From assembly GCA_944392325.1 (NCBI GenBank), contig CALXWI010000003.1, positions 1 through 53,496 on the forward strand: a DNA stretch of 53,496 nt, in the 5' to 3' direction. A program made the translations under genes and the position numbers. The stretch's first letter is position 1, and every line of letters starts with the position of its first letter. This document shows positions 47,170 through 53,496 of the stretch, piece by piece. The stretch comes from an uncultured Alphaproteobacteria bacterium (GTDB lineage: Bacteria > Pseudomonadota > Alphaproteobacteria > RF32 > CAG-239). The notes under the pieces were generated by a model. It saw only the letters and a list, made by a program, of their open reading frames with translations, was not told where the DNA came from and searched no databases.

Positions 47170-47835
47170 ATGCAGGAGAGGAGCAAGCCGATGGATGAGA
47201 TTTTGCCTGATGAAATAATGAAAAAAGCCGTGAAAGGGATTAGCTATTTGTCCCATCCTTTGCGGTTGCGGATTTTGGAGTTTTTGGATGTAAACGGGGC
47301 GGCTTCGGTTTCTGAAATTACCAAGGCGGTGCGAGAGGAGCAGGTGATTGTATCTCAGAGCCTAAAAAAACTGCGAGATGCTCATTTGGTGAAGACTACA
47401 CGGCGCGGTATTTTTATTTTTTATGCGATTTGTGAGGAGTATCCGGCAAGTATTTTTGTGTGTATGCGCAAGTTGTTTGGCTATATGACCGATAATTTTT
47501 ATTTTTTGCAGGAAGGTTATAAGGCTTTGTTGCCGCATGATTATACTTTGATGGTGGCGAATCGAATCAAGCTCTTTGCCAATTATGAAAAAATGCGGAT
47601 TCTGGATTATTTGCTGGTGTTTGGGGAGAGCAAAGTCGGCGATATTGTTAAAGGTATTGGCAGCGAGCAGCTAAAGGTTTCACAAAACCTGAAACGCTTG
47701 AAAGATGATGGCTTTGTTACCAACCGCAAAGACGGTCGCTTTGTGTATTATACGATTACGTCCGGTGTGCACAAAACGGCTTTGCAATGTATTCACCATC
47801 GTTTTGATAAATTAGCTGATAAAAATGATTTTTAG
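47170..47835 (+). CDS. Tandem double-domain ArsR/SmtB family regulator (start may be 47191)
   Basis: Two wHTH repeats: HPLRLRIL...VSQSLKKL...RRG and EKMRIL...VSQNLKRL...KDGRFVYY. Confidence 0.85.
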   Translation: MQERSKPMDEILPDEIMKKAVKGISYLSHPLRLRILEFLDVNGAASVSEITKAVREEQVIVSQSLKKLRDAHLVKTTRRGIFIFYAICEEYPASIFVCMRKLFGYMTDNFYFLQEGYKALLPHDYTLMVANRIKLFANYEKMRILDYLLVFGESKVGDIVKGIGSEQLKVSQNLKRLKDDGFVTNRKDGRFVYYTITSGVHKTALQCIHHRFDKLADKNDF

Positions 47836-48302
47836 GCAGTTAAATCAGCCAGGCTGAAGTTTAAGGCTTGGTGCAAGTCTGCCAGCGAGACCTCAACCTG
47901 AAAGCCGATTTTGCCGGCGCTGAAAATTATGGTGTCAAAGTTTTGGGCGCTGAGGTCAATAACGGTGGGGAAGTTTTTTTTCATTCCCAGAGGAGAGCAG
48001 CCGCCGTGGACATAGCCGGTTAAGGGCAGGAGCTCTTTGCTCTTGAGCATTTCGATGGATTTTTCTTTGACGGCGGAGGCGGCTTTTTTGAGGTCAAGTT
48101 CGGCTCCGGAGGGAATCACGAAAACATAGTTCTTTTTTGACTTGGCTACCGTAACCAGAGTTTTGAAAACCTGTGCAGGGTCGCGGTTCAATATTTGGGC
48201 AACCTCAACTCCGCTCAAGGCTTGCGGCGCAGGGTAAGTGTAGTGGCGGTAAGGAATACGGAGCTTGTCAAGCATACGCATAACGTTGGTTTTGTCTTCC
48301 AT
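47832..48302 (-). CDS. ybaK: Cys-tRNA(Pro) deacylase
   Basis: KTNVMR.L, VFKTLV, TGYVHGGCSPLG, SAGKIG. Confidence 0.93.
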   Translation of the reverse strand: MEDKTNVMRMLDKLRIPYRHYTYPAPQALSGVEVAQILNRDPAQVFKTLVTVAKSKKNYVFVIPSGAELDLKKAASAVKEKSIEMLKSKELLPLTGYVHGGCSPLGMKKNFPTVIDLSAQNFDTIIFSAGKIGFQVEVSLADLHQALNFSLADLTA

Positions 48303-48366
48303 TGTATGAATCCATAGTAGTTAAGAGTGTTATCAATCTAGAGAGAGTTTGAGTGGCTGTCAACTA

Positions 48367-48801
48367 TTATATAAAAGGCATAGACAATGCCAAATAACGT
48401 ACAAATTTGCCTAAAAACATGGCACTAACGGTGATTAGCAAGTTGGCGCGGATAAAGCCTAAGGCAAGAGCCAGAGGGTCGCCGATGATTGGCATAAAGC
48501 AAAAAAAGGCTATCCATGCGCTTTGATGCCGGAGTTTGTGTTGATAACGGGTGAGTGTGTCTGCGGAGATATGCAGGTATTTATGCGCCCATTCGATTTT
48601 GCCCAGCCGTCCGATGAAGTAGTTGGTCATACCGCCCAGAGTATTGCCGATAGAGGCTGTCCAGAGGCAAAGCCAAGGGTTTAAGCCCAGACTGAGCAGG
48701 CCGATGAAAGTCGCCTCAGAGCCAAAAGGGAGAATTGTGGCGGCCAAAAAGCTGTTGGCAAACAACAAGCAGAGGCTATATAAGCTAATATCTTCAACCA
48801 T
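48367..48801 (-). CDS. YqaA/DedA family membrane protein
   Basis: FLAATILPFGSE, GNTLGG, PIIGDPL, GKFVRY. Confidence 0.88.
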   Translation of the reverse strand: MVEDISLYSLCLLFANSFLAATILPFGSEATFIGLLSLGLNPWLCLWTASIGNTLGGMTNYFIGRLGKIEWAHKYLHISADTLTRYQHKLRHQSAWIAFFCFMPIIGDPLALALGFIRANLLITVSAMFLGKFVRYLALSMPFI

Positions 48802-49777
48802 GGCGGAATGGGAGCAAGCTGCGGCAGGTTTCACTTAAGCGAGCCAAGAACCAAGAACACAAGATTATGGTCAAAATTCCCAAGCCAAGATTGAGCCATA
48901 GCGGGAGCCAGAGCTCACGCCATAAATGGCTGTAAGAGCTCAGTGTATAGGCCATAAAAATATAAATCAGCAAAGTGTGGCGGCCGATGAGGCTCAGAAA
49001 AGCTGACGGGTGGGATAAGGTGATGCGGGTCAAGGTGATACCAATAATTGCGGCGGAAATAAACTGGGCGGAGCGGATGATTATGCCAAAGTCACCCCAA
49101 AAGGTGCCGGCGTAATTGTATTTGTTATAGAGGTCTAGGTACCAAGTCGGAGTGATAAAAGTAAAACTGATGCTGAACAGTATAATCAGCAGGTTATAAA
49201 AAATGAGCTTAAAGCGTGAAAAGTAGTTTACCGCGGTGCGGAGCTCGGTATCAGAAACGGCAGAGCCCAAAACAAACAGCGGCCAATAGCTCAAGGTGCG
49301 GGAAATATTGAAGGCTGAAATATCATACGGAAGGTAACCAACCCCAAGCCCTAAGACAAAAAATGAGCACAAAACCGGAAGTTTGGCGCGGCGGAGTAGT
49401 AATGATGTTAGCGGCTGCATTAAACGCCAAAAAATAAGGCTTTCAATATACCACATATAAGACGGGGGATTATGCAAAAGCCCACCAATAGTGCAATCAG
49501 GATTTTCGGGGTTGAACACAAGCCCGTAGAGCAAATATATAACCGTCAGTAGAGCGATGCTCTTGAGGTCAAAACGGCGGCTAAAGTAACCCGAGATGAA
49601 CACAAATAACGGAATATGAAATAAATATAAATAAGCCAAAAGTTGGTTGGAAGGGGGAATGGTATGCATAAAATTCCCTAAAAATACGCATAGAATCAAA
49701 ATGCCTTTAAGGGTGTCAAAGGCTTGGTTGCGTCCTTTGATGCGGAAAGGGTTGGATGAGGCAAAAAAGTTAATCAT
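48794..49777 (-). CDS. Acyltransferase-3 family membrane protein
   Basis: R...FDTLKG, FHIPLFVFISGYF, WYI, IGRHTL.IY. Confidence 0.85.
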   Translation of the reverse strand: MINFFASSNPFRIKGRNQAFDTLKGILILCVFLGNFMHTIPPSNQLLAYLYLFHIPLFVFISGYFSRRFDLKSIALLTVIYLLYGLVFNPENPDCTIGGLLHNPPSYMWYIESLIFWRLMQPLTSLLLRRAKLPVLCSFFVLGLGVGYLPYDISAFNISRTLSYWPLFVLGSAVSDTELRTAVNYFSRFKLIFYNLLIILFSISFTFITPTWYLDLYNKYNYAGTFWGDFGIIIRSAQFISAAIIGITLTRITLSHPSAFLSLIGRHTLLIYIFMAYTLSSYSHLWRELWLPLWLNLGLGILTIILCSWFLARLSETCRSLLPFRHG

Positions 49778-50243
49778 GAGCTTGGCGGTTGAGGGTAATA
49801 AGGCGTTTGAGCATATCTTGCAAGATGATTTGGAGCTCGTCCTCGTTTAAGCTTTCGGCAATTTGGCCGCAGTCAGGAGCGCAATAGCGGTTTTTGGTAT
49901 AAAGCGTGCCGTAAAAACAGTAGACGTTAGTGCGAATCTTGTCCAGATGTTGGAGCATTTTTTGCTCGTCTTCAGGATTAGTGAAGGCTTGGCGGATTTG
50001 TTGCTTGATTTCATCTATCAGGCAATTGTTGGTCTCCCAGGCGGCGCGGCGCATATCAGCATAGCTTTGCGGGTTGTCTTGATGCGCGTAGTCGCAGCAA
50101 CGCTCGGTAATGGCGGTGACCTCATCGTTTATGGCTTGGCTGACTTGGCCTGGGGTGAGAGGTGCCGCGGCAAAAGTTGCGGCCGGCCACGCAAAAGCCG
50201 TAAACAATATGCCTAATGTAAGCCGAAGTGAGGTCATGGTCAA
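49770..50243 (-). CDS. Hypothetical exported protein
   Basis: Signal peptide, Cys pairs, overlaps acyltransferase start. Confidence 0.65.
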   Translation of the reverse strand: MTMTSLRLTLGILFTAFAWPAATFAAAPLTPGQVSQAINDEVTAITERCCDYAHQDNPQSYADMRRAAWETNNCLIDEIKQQIRQAFTNPEDEQKMLQHLDKIRTNVYCFYGTLYTKNRYCAPDCGQIAESLNEDELQIILQDMLKRLITLNRQAHD

Positions 50244-50360
50244 AAATCTCCGCAGAGTTATGTATGCAATGATTAAATATTAGACTGATTGTGTGTTGAT
50301 GGCAAGGGTTTGTTGTTGCTTAATCACGGAAAAGTGCTACACTCCGCAAAGGAGAATAAT

Positions 50361-51032
50361 ATGCGTGAACAACTGGAATCTATGGCGGAGGAAAAATACC
50401 GCCTTTTTGCGGAATCATTATTGCCGCCGAAAACCAAAATGCTGGGCATTAGGCTACCTAAGCTGCGCGCCTTGGCTAAGCAAATGGCAAAGCAGCAAAG
50501 GTTTGACTGGCAAGCCCCGCAAGATGCTTTTATGGAAGAAAAAATGCTGGAAGGCATGATTATTGGTTATGCCGATTTGAGTTTTGAGGAGCGTTGCCGG
50601 CGGGTAAAGCGCTTTGTGCCAAAAATTGATAATTGGTCGGTTTGTGACAGTGTGTGTGTATCCCTCAAATCATGGGTTAAGCAGGATAAAGCCAAAGTGT
50701 GGAAGCTCTTAGAGCTGTTTTTGCAGAGCCATAAAACTTATAAGCTACGGTTTGCCGTGGTGATGATGCTGGATTTTTTTGTGGATGATGAGTACCTGCC
50801 CCAAGTCTTGGCGCGGCTTGATGCCGTCAAACATAATGATTATTATGTGAAAATGGCGGTTGCGTGGGCGGTTTCTGTCTGTTTTGCTAAATATCCGGCT
50901 GAGACTATGCAATATCTGCTTAGCTGCTCGCTAGATGATGATACGTTTAATAAGGCTTTGCAAAAGATTGTGGAATCATACCGTGTGGCTCCGGAGCTGA
51001 AACTAAAAATCAAAGCCATGAAACGGAAGTAA
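50361..51032 (+). CDS. DNA alkylation repair protein (AlkD-like)
   Basis: GIRLPKLR, IDNWSVCD, YYVKMAVAW; AAGGAG SD before ATG 50361. Confidence 0.88.
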   Translation: MREQLESMAEEKYRLFAESLLPPKTKMLGIRLPKLRALAKQMAKQQRFDWQAPQDAFMEEKMLEGMIIGYADLSFEERCRRVKRFVPKIDNWSVCDSVCVSLKSWVKQDKAKVWKLLELFLQSHKTYKLRFAVVMMLDFFVDDEYLPQVLARLDAVKHNDYYVKMAVAWAVSVCFAKYPAETMQYLLSCSLDDDTFNKALQKIVESYRVAPELKLKIKAMKRK

Positions 51033-51065
51033 AAAAATCCCCGCTGTGTGAGCGGGGATTTTTTT
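51031..51065. terminator. Bidirectional intrinsic terminator
   Basis: AAAAAAATCCCCGCT-GTGTG-AGCGGGGATTTTTTT. Confidence 0.85.
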
Positions 51066-51411
51066 AAGCGGCTTTCCCGTAGGCGTTGTTGCTATTCTCG
51101 CTAGGTAAGCAGCAGAGATAAATATTATAGAGCGGGATTAAACACCACCAACCAGGTTTGTTGATGTCATGCATACGGCGGATGGTTAAGCATACTCCAG
51201 GGCACAAAACAGCCAAAGAATACAAAGTGCTTAAAATATATAAGGTTGTAACCGAGGCGATGATTGAAACAATCAGGCTGCAGATGAAGTTAAACAAAAC
51301 AAAATACCAAAACTTGGAGCGAGTAACGCGACCATTGTAGGTAAGGTATTCGTTTTTGAGTACGGAAATAAAGTATTCATTAAACATAGTTTTGATTTTG
51401 TTCATATCCAT
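51064..51411 (-). CDS. DUF805 family membrane protein
   Basis: GRVTRSKFW, IRRMHDINKPGW, N.YG. Confidence 0.9.
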   Translation of the reverse strand: MDMNKIKTMFNEYFISVLKNEYLTYNGRVTRSKFWYFVLFNFICSLIVSIIASVTTLYILSTLYSLAVLCPGVCLTIRRMHDINKPGWWCLIPLYNIYLCCLPSENSNNAYGKAA

Positions 51412-51503
51412 AGTTGTTTGTCTCCCATGATGTTAGTTATGAATATATCCTAATATGGTTTAGAAACTAATTGCAAATGCAAAATTGAGGATGTGCATAT
51501 ATC

Positions 51504-52886
51504 TTAATGCCAAGGGAGCTCGGTTTGGTGATGGGTATAAAGGTATTTGCTCCCAAGTTGGTGGATGGCATAGTGATAGCCAAAAAACAGTACGGTTGAG
51601 GCTCCGACCCAAGCGATAGGACTAGCCCAACAGATGCCGATAAACCCAAAGTGCGAGGCTAAATAAATGGCCGCAAAGGAGCGCATGCCTAGCTCAACAA
51701 TGCTCGAAATTAATGGCATTGTCGGCTTGCCTAAGCCTTGCAAAGCGTTGCGGTAGATGAATATTTGCCCCAAGAAAAAGTAAAACAAAATGCTGATGTT
51801 TAAGTAAGACAAGGCAATCTGGCGGACTTGGTCGTGCCCTTCTCTGGTGAAGATGTCAATAATTGAACCACCGATGCTGAATATCATCAAAGCCAAAACC
51901 AGACTAATACCTAAAGAAATAAACGAGCAATTGATAACACCGCGGCGGATGCGGCCAATCATACCGGCACCATAGTTTTGAGCAGTGTAGGTGGCTAAAG
52001 CAATTCCGAATGAAACCATTGGCTGAGCGGCTAGCTGCTCTACCCGCATAGCGGAGGTAAAGGCGGCAATCGTGATGGGGCCGAAGGTGTTGCAGACGCT
52101 TTGGATTATCATACTGCTTAATGCTAAAATGGAAAACTGCAGGGTCATCGGAAAGGCTATGGCCAGATGCTCTTTGTAAAATTCCCAGTCAAAGCGGTGG
52201 TCTTCTGGGTGAGGAATGAGAATCGAAAATTTGCGTTTTATCCACCAAATACAGCAAGCCGATGATATGGTTAAGGAAATAATGGTGCCAAGGGCGGAAC
52301 CTCTGACATCCATGCCGCAAAAACCAATCAAAAAGTAGTTGAGCGCGATGTTGATTAAAGACGTGAAAATCAAAAAATATAACGGAGTACGGCTGTCTCC
52401 CAATGCACGCAGGAAACCTGACAGCAAGTTATAAAGCACAAACATTATCAAGCCGCCGCAGATAATCACAATAAAATTATAAGCGTCTTGCATAATTTCT
52501 TCCGGTACGTTCATTAAGCGGAGCAGGGGCGGCATGACTAAAATAAAGGCTAGGCTGCTGATGATGGTGAAGCTTAAGCTAATAATGGTTGAAGTGGCAA
52601 CCGAGCGGCGCATGCCTTTATAATCTCCGGCACCGAAACGTTGAGCGGTGATGACGGTCAAGCCACTGGTAAAACCGATGATGATGGCTAACAGCAAAAA
52701 GAAAATCGGGCCGGTAGCACCTACTGCCGCCAGAGCATTTACCCCCAGCAAGCGGCCGACGATAATAATGTCAGAAATACTGTAAAGCTGCTGGAAGATG
52801 TTGCCTATCAGAAGAGGAATTGTGAATTGGATAATTAATTTAGTCGGGTTGCCCGAAGTCATATTTTGAATCATACGAATCACCAT
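51504..52886 (-). CDS. MATE family efflux transporter
   Basis: PLLIGNIFQQLY...D, ALAAVG, GDSRTPL, QNYGAG. Confidence 0.93.
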   Translation of the reverse strand: MVIRMIQNMTSGNPTKLIIQFTIPLLIGNIFQQLYSISDIIIVGRLLGVNALAAVGATGPIFFLLLAIIIGFTSGLTVITAQRFGAGDYKGMRRSVATSTIISLSFTIISSLAFILVMPPLLRLMNVPEEIMQDAYNFIVIICGGLIMFVLYNLLSGFLRALGDSRTPLYFLIFTSLINIALNYFLIGFCGMDVRGSALGTIISLTISSACCIWWIKRKFSILIPHPEDHRFDWEFYKEHLAIAFPMTLQFSILALSSMIIQSVCNTFGPITIAAFTSAMRVEQLAAQPMVSFGIALATYTAQNYGAGMIGRIRRGVINCSFISLGISLVLALMIFSIGGSIIDIFTREGHDQVRQIALSYLNISILFYFFLGQIFIYRNALQGLGKPTMPLISSIVELGMRSFAAIYLASHFGFIGICWASPIAWVGASTVLFFGYHYAIHQLGSKYLYTHHQTELPWH

Positions 52887-52950
52887 ATATTTTTTTATTC
52901 GGGAGGTATATATACATATTAAATTATTAATTTACAACTAAATTTTAATT

Positions 52951-53141
52951 GAGTTTGCAAAACCCTTATCATACTAGCAGATTTGCTCCTTATGTACTAT
53001 TTTGTGTACACCGCGTCGCAAATCTGCGGCGTATGGGGAGTTTGCTATTTGGGTGTCATGCTTGCAATTTTTTCGCTCGTGTACTTGTTCTTGTACACGT
53101 CGCTCAAAAATCCCTGCGCAGCACGCCTAAATATCAAACTC
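52951..53141 (+). repeat. Branched double hairpin with two GTAC-N8-GTAC apices
   Basis: Outer GAGTTTG/CAAACTC; arm 1 GCAGATTTGC/GCAAATCTGC; arm 2 TATTTGGGTG/CGCCTAAATA. Confidence 0.75.
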
Positions 53142-53157
53142 TTGGATTCCATATTTG

Positions 53158-53188
53158 AAAGGCTCGTCGTAATAATGAGCCTTTTTTT
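53158..53188 (+). terminator. Intrinsic terminator-like hairpin
   Basis: AAAGGCTC...GAGCCTTTTTTT. Confidence 0.6.
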
Positions 53189-53203
53189 GCAAATGGGCGC
53201 CGG

Positions 53204-53276
53204 AAGCTGGGGCAGCTTGACCCCATCGGTCACCGGTAGCGAGATTGGGACAGAGAAGTCGCGTTGCTCAGATGGT
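53204..53276 (+). repeat. Copy of second repeat family (cf. 11405-11534)
   Basis: AAGCTGG.GCAGCTTGACCC...GAGATTGGG.CAGAGAAG.CGCG.TGCT.AGAT. Confidence 0.7.
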
Positions 53277-53496
53277 GCTTGTGTAAAGTTCGATATCTCC
53301 TTATTAAGTCTATGGTTAAGCCCTTCTAAAAAATATCCAACACAGGATGAAATCCTGTGCCTCCGGCTCATGCCGGAGCTTGCGGGGCAAGATGGCGGCA
53401 AAGGCTGAAAATTGGGCTATATAATTAAATATGGCAAATTTTGTCTAGCAATTTTTAGAGAGGCAAGTTTTAGAAAAGGAAGGGGGATGAGGGGCA

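Noticed and set aside
45364-47835. tRNA-anchored genomic island
   Set aside because: The cluster lies on the 5' side of the tRNA; no integrase and no duplicated tRNA 3' end seen.

Overview
Chromosomal segment of an alphaproteobacterium. The gene order rarA-rluC-AsmA-ATP12, mreBCD-mrdA-rodA, DUF2336, NifU-DUF2333-murJ and rpmH-rnpA-yidD-yidC-engB fits that class; a host-associated uncultured lineage is my inference only. Most of the window is housekeeping genes plus tRNA-Arg(CCG). The unusual content is mainly non-coding. (1) A structured 5' leader RNA occurs in three divergent copies (11777-12015 +, 17565-17752 -, 38955-39190 +). It shows compensatory base changes, a loop whose complement lies just before a terminator hairpin, and an anti-Shine-Dalgarno stretch. 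It precedes two paralogous Cys-rich secreted proteins (shared N-terminus, unrelated C-termini) and an HTH gene. (2) A dispersed family of ~125-bp imperfect palindromes with a GTAC-N6-8-GTAC apex (Rickettsia RPE-1-like core) lies at seven loci, all in the same orientation. The family includes tandem arrays, chimeric units, a nested ~110-bp insert and copies that supply stop codons to rarA and ddl. Also notable are a stand-alone VirD4-like gene, a CHC-repeat metallothionein-like protein, a CxxC/thioredoxin/double-ArsR cluster and several small unannotated membrane ORFs. No transposase, integrase, reverse transcriptase or cas gene is visible. All family assignments are by eye, without database searches.
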